From: Vampirovibrionales bacterium
GTDB taxonomy: Bacteria; Cyanobacteriota; Vampirovibrionia; Vampirovibrionales; Vampirovibrionaceae
Reading direction: 5' to 3'
Assembly (NCBI GenBank): GCA_029866025.1
Contig: JARXAD010000001.1
Coordinates: 229,873-293,872, forward strand
Length of the DNA stretch: 64,000 bases
Below, piece by piece: positions 20,127 through 30,750 of the stretch (the stretch's first letter is position 1; the number at the start of each line of letters is the position of its first letter). Both the position numbers and the translations under genes were made by a program. A model generated the notes under the pieces. The model saw only the letters and a program-made list of their open reading frames with translations, did not search any database and was not told the origin of the DNA.

Positions 20127-20780
20127 TTAAGAAACCACCGGCGCGTTATTCCCTCGTGGAGGAGGCTTAAATTTAAATAAGGCCTGCTTGGCTTCGATGC
20201 TTTTGGCAAAAATTTCAGCGGCCAATGCCTGTGTCATGTTCCATTGGTTTTGCACAATAACCATTGGGTTGGGTGCAAGGGTATTTAACAACGTGGTGCT
20301 AGTAGCCTGTTGTAATTGCATTAAAGTTGCTCGGCGTTGTTGCTCTAGTACGGCTGCCAACTGTAGAAATCCAGCTTTTCGCGCTAATTCTGCCTTAAAT
20401 GCCAATTCCATGGCCTGATTACGAATCAAATTGGCCATCAGTTGCTGCTGAGTTCGCTCCAACCAAGACAATGTATCGGTCGATGATTGCGCTGGGCTGC
20501 TAACCCCCCCCTGCCACGTGGTTTGCAGGTAGTTGGCAGTGGGCACCACCGTTTGCTGAGCCGCCTGCTGTGTGGCTGCCCATGCTTTTTGAATGGGGGC
20601 CGACACCCGGACATAGTCTGGTAACGTCGTTAGGGGAATAGCTGCAACGGTATTATCTATAGTGTTAGCGTTGAGTTCATTATTTCCAAATCGGTTTAAC
20701 GATAGGGGAAAGAGAGAAGGGGAAACGGCGAGTCGGGTCATGGCAGTAAGGAGGACACAAGGTTCAACGGAAGGGAACAC
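20127..20780 (-). CDS. Hypothetical protein (Q/A-rich, predicted helical C-terminal half)
   Basis: ORF only; no recognisable motifs; start uncertain. Confidence 0.35.
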   Translation of the reverse strand: MFPSVEPCVLLTAMTRLAVSPSLFPLSLNRFGNNELNANTIDNTVAAIPLTTLPDYVRVSAPIQKAWAATQQAAQQTVVPTANYLQTTWQGGVSSPAQSSTDTLSWLERTQQQLMANLIRNQAMELAFKAELARKAGFLQLAAVLEQQRRATLMQLQQATSTTLLNTLAPNPMVIVQNQWNMTQALAAEIFAKSIEAKQALFKFKPPPRGNNAPVVS

Positions 20781-20911
20781 TGCAATAAACGCGTCGCCAT
20801 GATTTTAGTTGCTCCGTAAGAGACGCCATCTTTATTCAAAGCCTATTTTTGATACCCTTAGAATCATAGCGTAATGCCTCTTTGACTCTAGGCACCTTAA
20901 GGACTATTTCC

Positions 20912-22591
20912 ATGATGGGTACTCCAGAAAACCTCAAAGTCTCTTCTAAACATTCCAACACGCCCTTGGTGCTGCTGATTTTAGACGGCTGGGGCTTGGA
21001 TGAGCGTACTGGCGATGTGCTGGCAGAGCATGGGGGGTGCCAGCATACTCAACATCCAGTGGCAACGGATAATCCGACCCAAACCCATGCACCGTATTTA
21101 ACCCAGTTGATGAAAACGTATCCTTGGATGCCGTTGCAGGCCAGTGGGCTATCGGTAGGCCTGCCCGTGGGTCAAATGGGTAACTCGGAAGTAGGGCACC
21201 TCACCATGGGCTCGGGCCGCATTGTGTACCAAGATTTAACTCTCATTGATCATGCTATTGAAACGGGCGAGCTGTTTACGAATGCCGTGCTGATTGCAGC
21301 CATGGAGCATGCCAAGACCCAAGGTACGACTTTAAACTTGATGGGACTGGTAAGCCCTGGTGGTGTTCATAGCCACGAAAATCACTTGCTAGCCTTGTTG
21401 GATATGGCTAAACAGCGGGGTGTTGCCCAAGTTCACGTGCATGCCTTTTTGGATGGACGCGATGTGCCGCCCCAAAGTGTTTTGGCGTCGTTAGAGCTGA
21501 TTGAGAAAAAGCTTCTAGAGCTGGACTATCCTCAAATTCAAACCATCAGTGGCCGGTATTACGCCATGGATCGTGACAAGCGTTGGGACCGCGTTGAGCT
21601 GGCCTACGATAACTTAACCTTGGCCACCGGCAAGCGCCATTTTTTAAGCTTAAAAGCCGTAGAAACCTATTATGCTGAAGGCATTACCGATGAGTTTATT
21701 CCCCCGTGCGTGACGGATATTACCTTTCAGGGTATTCAAGACAACGATGCCGTTATTTTCTTTAACTTTCGCCCCGATCGTGCGCGCCAAATCACCAAGG
21801 CCCTAACCCAAGAGGCGTTTCCACCCTTTGAGCGCAAAAAGCGCCCCGTTCCCCTTCATTTTGCGTGTATGACCACTTATGATGAGGCCTATGGCTTGCC
21901 CGTTGCCTACCCTAAAGACAACCTAACCCAAACTTTTGGTCAATTAATCTCTGATGCTGGCTTGCGCCAGTTCCGCTGCGCTGAAACCGAAAAATACGCG
22001 CATGTGACTTATTTTTTTAACGGCATGGAAGAAACCCCTTTTGCGGGGGAACAGCGCCGCCTCATTAATTCTCCCAAAGTGGCTACTTACGATTTGCAGC
22101 CGGAAATGAGTTTGCCCGCAGTGACGGACGCCGTGGTGAAAGCTATTACGGGCGGCCAGTTTGAAGTATTGATTGTAAACATTGCCAACCCTGATATGGT
22201 GGGCCATACCGGCTTTTTGGGTGCTGCTCAGCAAGCCGTAACGGCGGTGGATAATGCCATCCAACAAATCACCGAAGCGGTATTAGCCCAGCCTCAAGGG
22301 TGTTTGTTCATTACGGCCGATCACGGCAATGTGGAGCAAATGATGGATGAGGCCGGCGGCCCCCACACGGCCCATACCACCCATCGTGTGCCTTTTGTCG
22401 CCATTAGCCAGCATCAGCGCTTTGTGTTTGCAGAGGATGCTAAGGGGGATCGAGGCCTGAGCCATATTGCCCCAACGCTACTACAAGTATTAGGGTTGAC
22501 CATTCCACCTGTTATGCAGCCGTCGTTGTTGGCGGCTATTCACCCAGCCGCGCAAGTTTCTCCAGCCGCCGCCTCGGCTTGCTCTTTGTAA
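20912..22591 (+). CDS. gpmI: 2,3-bisphosphoglycerate-independent phosphoglycerate mutase
   Basis: LLILDGWG and NSEVGHLTMGSGRIVYQDL motifs. AAGGA RBS 8 nt upstream of the ATG at 20912. Contains a short insertion after the first motif. Confidence 0.85.
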   Translation: MMGTPENLKVSSKHSNTPLVLLILDGWGLDERTGDVLAEHGGCQHTQHPVATDNPTQTHAPYLTQLMKTYPWMPLQASGLSVGLPVGQMGNSEVGHLTMGSGRIVYQDLTLIDHAIETGELFTNAVLIAAMEHAKTQGTTLNLMGLVSPGGVHSHENHLLALLDMAKQRGVAQVHVHAFLDGRDVPPQSVLASLELIEKKLLELDYPQIQTISGRYYAMDRDKRWDRVELAYDNLTLATGKRHFLSLKAVETYYAEGITDEFIPPCVTDITFQGIQDNDAVIFFNFRPDRARQITKALTQEAFPPFERKKRPVPLHFACMTTYDEAYGLPVAYPKDNLTQTFGQLISDAGLRQFRCAETEKYAHVTYFFNGMEETPFAGEQRRLINSPKVATYDLQPEMSLPAVTDAVVKAITGGQFEVLIVNIANPDMVGHTGFLGAAQQAVTAVDNAIQQITEAVLAQPQGCLFITADHGNVEQMMDEAGGPHTAHTTHRVPFVAISQHQRFVFAEDAKGDRGLSHIAPTLLQVLGLTIPPVMQPSLLAAIHPAAQVSPAAASACSL

Positions 22592-22599
22592 AATACCCC

Positions 22600-23739
22600 C
22601 TAAGCGTTGGTAAGAACCGGAATAAAAGCCAAACTTTTGGGCAGCGGCAGTGTTTTTAGGGCCACTGGCATTAACTCAGTGGCGGGTGTTTTGCACACCG
22701 AGGGGGTTTGAGAGTATTTCCCCTGTGTGAGTAAAGTGGGGTCCCAACGTTTTGCGGTAGTATCCCAACTGACGGCACCTTTGCCTTGCCAGGGTTGAGA
22801 AATGGACCCACGACGCAAGGTGTACAACTGGGCATACCCAGCGTAATCATTGTATAAAAAGGTAAGGGTTTCGGGGCGATTCCACACCCCGGCTAGCTGC
22901 TCGGCGGTAAAGGCCACACAATAACGATACGCTGCGGCTAAGGTTTCTTGGTGTAATTGCTCATCGTTTAAGGCTTCCAGCCCATAACTGTTGCGTTCGG
23001 CGTGCAATCGAAACACCTCTTTGCGGGTGGCATGGGCTGTGTCGTGCCACCAGCTGTCAATAATGTCTGTAGCTTGTTCCACGTGTACTGCCCAGCTGGG
23101 GGCTTCGTACACGGGACGGAGAGACTCTATATGTTGAATGAGCCCCCCAAAGCCTGCATCAGTAATAAATCGAGTAAGCGCCAACCGGTAATCGTCGCAT
23201 ATCGAGGGGGCCATGCCGTTGGCGGCTTCAGAACGGGCATCATCCAGCAACAACGTAATGCTAAGGCCTGGGGCGTACAACTGTTTTACGGCGCAGCCCA
23301 CGCGGTGCAATTGGCAGTAAGTAAACCACTCAGCCCAATCCGGATGCTGATACTCTACATTATTACGATTTTTTAAAGGGCCATGAATGAGGGTTAATGG
23401 AATGGGTTGTTGAGCATCGATAGCCGCTTGAATGGTGGCCAATAGTGGGGCCTGCTCCGCTGGTTTGCGGCGGCAAAAACGCGCCGAGGTTAGGGCGGCT
23501 AATACAGCTTGAGCGAGATTGGGGTTTGCTTTGTTTTTGCCTGGGATGGTTGGCACTGTTGTGGCGTATTCGTTAACCCAGTGGGCTTTGTCTTCTAAAA
23601 AGGCAAGCAAGCTGGTTAGGTTAGGGGTCGCTGTATCTGGAAGACCATTTGGCACCAAGAGTTTAGAGGCCGAAGTCGGTGCTTTAGCCAACGGATGAGC
23701 CGTTTTTGTAGAGGGTGAAAGGAGAAGGGTAGAAGTCAC
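22600..23739 (-). CDS. Uncharacterized protein (379 aa), co-oriented with the MFS transporter
   Basis: ORF with GTG start. No confident family assignment; a faint resemblance to PvcA/Dit1-type enzymes was not verified. Confidence 0.4.
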   Translation of the reverse strand: MTSTLLLSPSTKTAHPLAKAPTSASKLLVPNGLPDTATPNLTSLLAFLEDKAHWVNEYATTVPTIPGKNKANPNLAQAVLAALTSARFCRRKPAEQAPLLATIQAAIDAQQPIPLTLIHGPLKNRNNVEYQHPDWAEWFTYCQLHRVGCAVKQLYAPGLSITLLLDDARSEAANGMAPSICDDYRLALTRFITDAGFGGLIQHIESLRPVYEAPSWAVHVEQATDIIDSWWHDTAHATRKEVFRLHAERNSYGLEALNDEQLHQETLAAAYRYCVAFTAEQLAGVWNRPETLTFLYNDYAGYAQLYTLRRGSISQPWQGKGAVSWDTTAKRWDPTLLTQGKYSQTPSVCKTPATELMPVALKTLPLPKSLAFIPVLTNA

Positions 23740-23774
23740 AGTAGGTGGTTAGCTCGTCACAAAACAAAAGGAAC

Positions 23775-25082
23775 TTAGGCGATACAAGAGGAACGCAGAG
23801 GCGTTGAAGAACGGTTTTCTTGGAGACAAAGGGCCAAGCCGACCACCACGCCCAACAACACGATGGCGCTGACACCCCACAAGGCGGTGGCGTAGCCCAA
23901 GGTTGGCCCAGCCCAACCCATCCAAAACATACCCAAGGCAATGCCGCTATCATTTAGCATTGAGAAGGTGGCCATGGCTGCTCCTTGGCGCTCAGGCTCG
24001 GCTTTATCGGACGCAATGGCCATCAGAGCTGGCTGTACCGATCCTGCTGCCAAGCCGTATAAGCCCGTTGCTGCTAAAAAGGGCAGCAAGCTGTGGGTTT
24101 GTTGAAGCCAAAGGATGGCGACACCCACCAATAGCATGCCCGGTAGCGCCACCACCAAACGACCCCACCGCGAGGCCCACTGATCCGACAACGGCCCCGT
24201 AAGACCACGAGAGGCAATGAGAGTAACGGCGTACACGGTATAAAACCAGCCAATATCCGTAGAAGTGGTGGCGGTGGGCAATAACTCGCTTGCTAACTGC
24301 GGTACAAATGGAATCAGTGCCCCGTACACCAGGCTGCTGGTGGTCATCAGGGCTCCTGGTGTGCAAGCCTTCGGGTGAATCAATCGATTCCACTGAAAGG
24401 TTACAGGTGTGGCTGTTAACGCTCCTGAGGAACCGCTTTGACTGGTTTCGTGATTGGTCTGTTGGGTGTAACGAATCAATAACATAACCCACAGCAACGC
24501 CAAAGCACCGGTAAGAGTTGCCCACAGGTAGGGGTTGGCGGCGATTCCTTTGGATTGTTGGCTCCACAGCCAAATGCCCGCAGGCGGTGCCAAAGCCATG
24601 GCCAGCTTCATAATGTTGCCGAAAATGCCCATAGCTTCTGCTTTTCGTTTGGTAGGGGTTAGCAAAATAAGCCAGCGGCTTGCCCCTGTGTACACCACGG
24701 CAAAAGCTAATCCCTGTAGTAAGCGCAAAGGAAGCCAACCCATGCCATTAAGCCATTGAGGAGAAACCAAAGTATAGAAGGCTGTGGTTACAGTAAACAA
24801 GAGGGTTCCGGCCATCACTAGCCGTGGGGCTTGGAAACGATCCACCCAATACCCGGCAAAAGGCCGACTGGCCAACGATGCCACGGCAAACGACGAGAGC
24901 AATAAGCCAATAGTAGACGCCGAGACGTGGTGCGTTTTTAAATAGGCAGGAATAACCGGTAATAACAGGTGATAGCTAATAAAAAAGGTAAGCAGCACAC
25001 CACACAAAAGCACAAAGGAGGGTGTCCACAAGGACGTGTGTGCGACGGGTAATAGAGAAGGTTGAGAGGCAGGAGCGGTCAT
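23775..25082 (-). CDS. MFS transporter (12 TM)
   Basis: Hydrophobicity pattern typical of MFS, with loop motifs such as GYWVDRFQAPR. Confidence 0.7.
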   Translation of the reverse strand: MTAPASQPSLLPVAHTSLWTPSFVLLCGVLLTFFISYHLLLPVIPAYLKTHHVSASTIGLLLSSFAVASLASRPFAGYWVDRFQAPRLVMAGTLLFTVTTAFYTLVSPQWLNGMGWLPLRLLQGLAFAVVYTGASRWLILLTPTKRKAEAMGIFGNIMKLAMALAPPAGIWLWSQQSKGIAANPYLWATLTGALALLWVMLLIRYTQQTNHETSQSGSSGALTATPVTFQWNRLIHPKACTPGALMTTSSLVYGALIPFVPQLASELLPTATTSTDIGWFYTVYAVTLIASRGLTGPLSDQWASRWGRLVVALPGMLLVGVAILWLQQTHSLLPFLAATGLYGLAAGSVQPALMAIASDKAEPERQGAAMATFSMLNDSGIALGMFWMGWAGPTLGYATALWGVSAIVLLGVVVGLALCLQENRSSTPLRSSCIA

Positions 25083-25670
25083 TAATCTCACGGCACTGAC
25101 TGTGGAAACGGGTAAAACCTAAGATTTGTCCTTACTTAAAGTAAAGCCAAACCCCAAACAATAATTGCTTTGGAGTGAATGCGAATAGCCTGACAGCACT
25201 AAAGTGGAGTGTTATTAAAACACAAACCCGACCAGTTGAGAATAATTCTTAACTGGAATGGTTGATTCCACCATTTATTAAATGACTGCAGCCCAAAATG
25301 GCTTTTGCCTATTTTTAGGCAAAAAGAAAGCCGACAGAGTCGGCTATAGGGGGGAAGACTTTGATAAAGTCACTGTGGGAGATAGGGGGGAGGTGTAAAG
25401 GGATTAACCCTTACATTAAAATAAAAACAGTGACTTCCTGAAAATTGCGTATCTTTCTCATATCTGTTACATGCTAAAATAATATGTTGCTCTTGCAACA
25501 GAAACAGAAAGAATTTCTTAAGAACGGTCGTCAATGCTTAAGAAACTCCGAATACCTTCTTGTTGTATCATTGGTTGCAACAATGGGCAATCCGTTACAA
25601 TAAGTTACACAATGAATTTTCTCATATTGGCAGTGCTCACGTGCTCACTCATAAAAACAGTTGGTTTGAT

Positions 25671-27122
25671 ATGACGGTTTCCCCAGCATCACACATGACG
25701 GTTCAAAACGATTCGGCGCGAAGCTTGGAGCGGTTGTTGGGGTGTATGAATAACACCCACACTACTTATGGCAAAGAAACGTTGTTTAGTATGGCCAGTG
25801 CCTTGCTGCAATGGATTCGCCAGCAATCTCAGCCGGCCTGGGTCCTCAGTCATGTGATACCGGAAAACGCCAATGGCAATGCCGATTGGGAAACGCTACT
25901 GGCCCCTCTGGCTTCAGCCCCTTTGGTGCAGTGGTGTCATCTCTCTTCTCAAAGTCCCCCCCTCTCGTCCAGCTTTATTTTGATGGGTTCCGTTCAAGGC
26001 TTGGCTGGGGTGGTGTGGCAGGCCGATGCGCGTCGGGCCCTCTCCACTTACAGTGGTGGTTGGACGGTGTCTGCCGGTGAAACATGGGCCATGGTGGATT
26101 GGGTCTTGCCTCAATGCCGAGAAGGGATAGTACCTGAAAACTTATTGGCCTTAATCACCCAGCAAAAAGTCTTAAAAACAGAAGCGCCCGCCGATCCTCG
26201 TTTGGAAGGCCTGCTTAAAAGCTTAATCCAAGGCTTGGAACACCAAAACAACGCCTTAATTTCAGTCAATGAAGACCTCAAGCGCCTGAATAAGCAGGTG
26301 GTGGATCATGAACGCCTGGCAGCCATTGGCCAGTTGTGTTCCGTGGTGGCCCACGAAATTCGTAACCCATTGGGGCTTATTGATTTGTACGCCAAGCTGG
26401 TGGAAGGCCAGTTAAACAAAGTGATTGCCGATACAGGAGCGGGAGAGCATCCGGCGATGCCAACGGTGCTTAGCAATTTGGCAATGGTCAGTGAGGCCGT
26501 GCAAGGCTTGGAAGTGATCTTGGGAGAACTCACCCAGTATTCACGTCCCGTTGAGCTTGAACTCGTTTCTACTCCTGTCGTGCCCTTGGTGCAGCATGTG
26601 TGTCAGTTTTATCAACCCAAGTACGATGAAAAAGGCGTGACCTTAACGGTTCATGCCTCAGAGGGGATGGAGCACACCGTCTTTGCCAAGCTGGATGCGG
26701 CTCGCATTCGCCAAGCCTTGATTAACCTCCTTAAAAATGCTTTGGAAGCTTCGGCTAAAGGCACCACCGTATCCGTTACTATTGCCAGCCGCCAAAACGA
26801 CCATGACGTATACATTAAAGTGGCGGATGAAGGCAGTGGCATTAGCGAAGGGGCTCAGGCCAAACTGTTTACCCCGTATTTTTCTACCAAGGGTAATGGT
26901 ACCGGTCTGGGATTGGCTCACAGCCAAAAAATTCTTCAAGCCCATGGCGGACGGGTGGCCTTATTGTCATCGGCCACTGCGGCAGAAGCCGAACTGATTG
27001 GCACCAAACGCAATGCGGGAAGTACCTTTGCCCTCATTCTGCCTCGTGATTATGGATCACCCTTGGAACGAACAGAGAAAGCTGCCCCGCCGGAAGGAAC
27101 CTCTTTTAATGAAACGAACTGA
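25671..27122 (+). CDS. Cytoplasmic sensor histidine kinase (HisKA + HATPase_c), orphan
   Basis: H-box VAHEIRNPLGLI; N, G1 and G2 boxes (LLKNALEAS, DEGSGI, GTGLGLA). No TM segment and no adjacent response regulator. Start uncertain (track start 25560 is a TTG). Confidence 0.75.
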   Translation: MTVSPASHMTVQNDSARSLERLLGCMNNTHTTYGKETLFSMASALLQWIRQQSQPAWVLSHVIPENANGNADWETLLAPLASAPLVQWCHLSSQSPPLSSSFILMGSVQGLAGVVWQADARRALSTYSGGWTVSAGETWAMVDWVLPQCREGIVPENLLALITQQKVLKTEAPADPRLEGLLKSLIQGLEHQNNALISVNEDLKRLNKQVVDHERLAAIGQLCSVVAHEIRNPLGLIDLYAKLVEGQLNKVIADTGAGEHPAMPTVLSNLAMVSEAVQGLEVILGELTQYSRPVELELVSTPVVPLVQHVCQFYQPKYDEKGVTLTVHASEGMEHTVFAKLDAARIRQALINLLKNALEASAKGTTVSVTIASRQNDHDVYIKVADEGSGISEGAQAKLFTPYFSTKGNGTGLGLAHSQKILQAHGGRVALLSSATAAEAELIGTKRNAGSTFALILPRDYGSPLERTEKAAPPEGTSFNETN

Positions 27123-28233
27123 ACTGCACCGTCGATTTTTAACATCTGTGGTGGTCTTGGCTTGGATGGGTCTGGTGCTACTCAGTGTGACCGGATGTCA
27201 AACCCCACCCAAGCCCGAAGAAAAACCACCCGAAGCTGCTGCCGTTAACGAAGACACTGGCGAGGAGTTGGAAGCACTCCCTAAAAAGGTAGTAAACCCT
27301 TTTGCCCACCCCGAAACAATGACGGAACAGGATAAAACCGATTATTCTGCAGCTACGCAGGTCTCGGTGGTGGTGGATAGTAGCACCACCCTGAAGGGCT
27401 GGCTCTTTGATCCGTACCAGCAGGCGGCCAAAGAAAAAGAGTTGGCGGCTGCGGCAGCCGCTTCATCTGCGGCGGCTAGCGCCGAGGGCGAGGAGGGTGA
27501 AGACGCCTCTGCCGAAGAAGATGCCGGGGATGAGGATGGGGGAGATGCTGAAGCGCCACGACCCACCCAGCGATACCCCTTGGTCATTTTGCTCCATGGT
27601 CTTAATGGAGGGCGTTACGATTGGGCTGCCTTGCCTTTTCGCTTAGTGAGGCATGGTTATGCTGTGCTGGCGTTAGATTTGCGTGGCCATGGGGGAAGTA
27701 TTTTAAAAGGCAAAGACTGGCGTCAGTTTGGCCCAGACGATTGGAAAGCCATGCCCACCGATTTGGCGGGTATTTTGCGTACCCTGGCGGCGAAAGGCAT
27801 TGATGGCCAACTACAGGTGGATGGTCAGCGGGTGGTGCTAGTGGGAGCAGGCCTGGGGGCTAATGTAGCGGTGATTAGTGCCTCTCAAAAGCCGGCTACC
27901 GTTAAATCTATTGTTATGCTGTCTCCTACGGTGGAGTACAAGGGGTTAAACACCATTCAGCCTGCTTACCGCATTCAGGTGCCTTCCTTACTGGTGGCTA
28001 GCCAAAGCGATGCCAGTGCTTATGAATCGTCTCAAATTTTGTATCGTCTGCTGAGCGGGAAAAAAACCATCCAGCTGTATAAAAATCTGGGTTACGGGTC
28101 CGATATGATTCGCTTTTACCCTGAAATGCAGGATGCCATTGTGGCGTGGATTAAGGTGGGCTGCCCGCCTACCCCCAGTTCCGTTCCGCCGCCTCCGTCT
28201 GAAGAGGACAGTGGTGGCGACGAAGAAGAATAG
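27108..28233 (+). CDS. Lipoprotein alpha/beta-hydrolase with poly-acidic linker
   Basis: Lipobox LLSVTGC. ILLHGLNGGRYDW and a GAGLGANVA nucleophile-elbow-like motif. Acidic tracts (EEGEDASAEEDAGDEDGGDAEA; C-terminal SEEDSGGDEEE). The start overlaps the HK stop by 14 nt. Confidence 0.6.
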
Positions 28234-28357
28234 CTTGGGTTAGGGTAGAGCCACTCATACCCAAGTCTGGAACTCTCTTTCAAGAGTGGCGTCTTTTCAG
28301 CTATCATCGCGTTACTACTCGTTTTCTCCCTCAATCCCTCTGCTTGGAGTGCATTCT

Positions 28358-29299
28358 ATGACACCGGTTTGGACATTGGCTCGGTCTTCTCAACGCCTTT
28401 TTGCTTGGGTTTTGGCTCTCTCAATTCTATTCCCCGCTGGCCTCTCAGCACCATCTTTTGCTCAATATCAAAACCCCTATCAAAATCAAAACCCTTATGC
28501 CACCCAACCCTACGGTGGCCAAAGTTATTCTGCTCCCCAACAAAATTACTCCCAAAGCCAAATGGCTCCCTTGCAAGGGTATGTGGTTACGGTTCCTGCT
28601 GGAACGTATGCCCAAGCCTCGTTACAAACCCCTATTTCCAGCGCCACAGCTCGTGCCGGTGATCGCTTTATGGTGACACTGGCCGGTCCTCTCATGTCGG
28701 GCAACACGGTTGCCTTGCCTTCGGGCACTCTGGTGGAAGGTCAAGTGATTTCCGCCATGGCGGCCGGTCGTGCCGGGCGTAACGGTCAGTTGGATATTCG
28801 TTTTACCTCCGCTGCCTTACCCAATGGTCAACGGGTTCCCTTATCGGCCCGTTTGCAAACGGAAGACGGAACCGGGGTGCTGAAAGGTGGTACCGGTGCT
28901 AGTCGTGCTGGGGGTGCTGCGGCTCGTGCGGTGGGTGGCGCCGCATTGGGTGCTGCGTTGGGTACGGCCATGGGGCCGTTATCCGGTGGTAGCGTGGGCC
29001 GGGGTGCTATTTATGGCACCATTTTGGGCAGCGGCCTGGGTGCCGTGGCTGCGGGTGTAAATAAGGGCGAAGACGTGGCCCTGAACTCGGGTGCTCCTGT
29101 TAATTTGGTGCTGGATGCCCCCGTAACCACCAGTGCCGATAGCAGTAATGCGACGTCTCTCCCCCAATACAACCAGCAAAATTACAGTCAGCAAGGGTAT
29201 AGCCAAACCCAGCCTTACGGAGCCACGCCGTCCAATGGAAGCTTTACCCCTTACCCAAACAACCCCAATACTCAGCCCTACAATCCCTATCAGTACTAA
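28358..29299 (+). CDS. Secreted glycine-zipper protein with Q/N/Y-rich termini (paralog of the gene at 63363)
   Basis: Signal peptide ending AFA-Q. Central domain followed by a glycine-zipper segment GAALGAALGTAMGPLSGGSVGRGAIYGTILGSGLGAVAAGV. About 70% identical to the corresponding stretch of the ORF at 63363. Confidence 0.6.
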   Translation: MTPVWTLARSSQRLFAWVLALSILFPAGLSAPSFAQYQNPYQNQNPYATQPYGGQSYSAPQQNYSQSQMAPLQGYVVTVPAGTYAQASLQTPISSATARAGDRFMVTLAGPLMSGNTVALPSGTLVEGQVISAMAAGRAGRNGQLDIRFTSAALPNGQRVPLSARLQTEDGTGVLKGGTGASRAGGAAARAVGGAALGAALGTAMGPLSGGSVGRGAIYGTILGSGLGAVAAGVNKGEDVALNSGAPVNLVLDAPVTTSADSSNATSLPQYNQQNYSQQGYSQTQPYGATPSNGSFTPYPNNPNTQPYNPYQY

Positions 29300-29390
29300 T
29301 GCTGTTTTATAGGGAAGTTGGGTATACTGGTTAAGTCACACACTCCCAAAGCTCCCAGCCAATCGCTTGTTGATAGAAAGTTTTATTCCA

Positions 29391-30056
29391 ATGGAACCCC
29401 AAGCCAACGTTTTTTTATACGCTATTCAACACGATTTTTTCGTTCTCATCCCTATTTTTATTTGCTCCATTTTGTTGGTGGCTGTGTTTATTGACCGCTT
29501 GGCGTATTACAACCAAAACAAGCGAGACATTGTTGGGTTTATTCAGCGTTTGCAGCGAGAGTTGCAACGCGGTGCCTTGGATACGGCCCAAGTGATGAGT
29601 AATCAGCTGGGTGGTGTGATTGGCGATGTAGCCGAAGAAGGCCTGCGCATTTTGGAAGAGCAACCCGATCATTTCGATCGCTCCTTTGATATTGCGTCGT
29701 CCTTGGCCCGCCGTAAGTTAGAAGCCCGCTTGTCCATTATTGGCACCATTGCCACCATCTCTCCTTATCTCGGCTTGTTTGCCACCGTTGTAAGGATCTT
29801 GATTACCTTCGGAGAGTTGGCTCAGTCCCAATCAGCCAATGCGGCTCCTCAGGTTATGTTTGGTATTGGTTCTGCTTTGATTGCTACCGCTTTGGGTCTG
29901 TTGATTGCTATTACGGCTGTTACCCTCAATAACTGGTTCCAGTCGGTGGTGAATCGTTACGAAGATGATTTCCAACTGATTAAATTGCTGCTGCTTAGCT
30001 ATGCCGATACCCGTAAGCCTGCCATGGCCTCTGCCGCCCCCGCAGCCCGCTACTAA
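29391..30056 (+). CDS. exbB: ExbB/TolQ-family proton-channel protein
   Basis: Three TM helices. C-terminal motif ...MFGIGSALIATALGLLIAITAVTLNNWF typical of the MotA/TolQ/ExbB family. Confidence 0.75.
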   Translation: MEPQANVFLYAIQHDFFVLIPIFICSILLVAVFIDRLAYYNQNKRDIVGFIQRLQRELQRGALDTAQVMSNQLGGVIGDVAEEGLRILEEQPDHFDRSFDIASSLARRKLEARLSIIGTIATISPYLGLFATVVRILITFGELAQSQSANAAPQVMFGIGSALIATALGLLIAITAVTLNNWFQSVVNRYEDDFQLIKLLLLSYADTRKPAMASAAPAARY

Positions 30057-30136
30057 TAACTAGACTTTCTGGGCATCTTATCTTGACTATTTTGACACCA
30101 TGTCAGTCTTCCGTTTGTTCGTCTTTGTGAGTGTCC

Positions 30137-30733
30137 ATGCACGCCACGCACCATCGCACCGTTTTTAACGAAATTAATATCACGCCGTTGACGGATATTT
30201 TTTTGGTGCTGCTGATTATTATGATGGTGGTAGCCCCCATGATGCGCCAGCAACAGGCGGATATTCAGCCCCCCACACTGGTTGCGGGCCAATCGGTAGA
30301 TCAAGACAAGTTAACGGTGGAAATTAACGCTCAGGGCCAGTTTTTTGTGGATGGTGAAGCTGCTCCTGCCGAGGGTTTAACCACCGCCCTGCAACAAAAA
30401 AAAGCCCAACGCTTGGCTCAGGGATTGGATGTTGCCAAAGACAAAGAGAATTTAACCTCTGAGGCTGAACCGTTAGCCGATCCCCTCGCTTCAGCTGTAC
30501 CCACTAAAGACACACGCACGGGAGTTCTTATTATTCGCGCTGATAAAACCACCAAAAGCGGTGCCGTGCTGAGTGTGTTTGATGCCGCCCGTGACGCCGG
30601 CTACGCCAAAGTCACCATCTCCGGCCAAAAAGCCCCAAATGGGGGCTCTGGTAAGGGCACCATGGAAAGCTCTCAAAACACTTCTGCAACGCCCCACACG
30701 CCCAAAGATCCCTTTAACCAGCCCCTTTTATAG
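30137..30733 (+). CDS. exbD: ExbD/TolR-family protein with low-complexity C-terminal extension
   Basis: N-terminal FNEINITPLTDIFLVLLIIMMVVAPM, a single TM and a periplasmic domain. Confidence 0.75.
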   Translation: MHATHHRTVFNEINITPLTDIFLVLLIIMMVVAPMMRQQQADIQPPTLVAGQSVDQDKLTVEINAQGQFFVDGEAAPAEGLTTALQQKKAQRLAQGLDVAKDKENLTSEAEPLADPLASAVPTKDTRTGVLIIRADKTTKSGAVLSVFDAARDAGYAKVTISGQKAPNGGSGKGTMESSQNTSATPHTPKDPFNQPLL

Positions 30734-30750
30734 AAACCCGAGATTGTTCC

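Noticed and set aside
24004-24738. 244-aa minus-strand ORF overlapping the MFS transporter gene in another frame
   Set aside because: It is an alternative frame of a clear 12-TM MFS gene. R/S/G-rich composition is typical of an off-frame translation.
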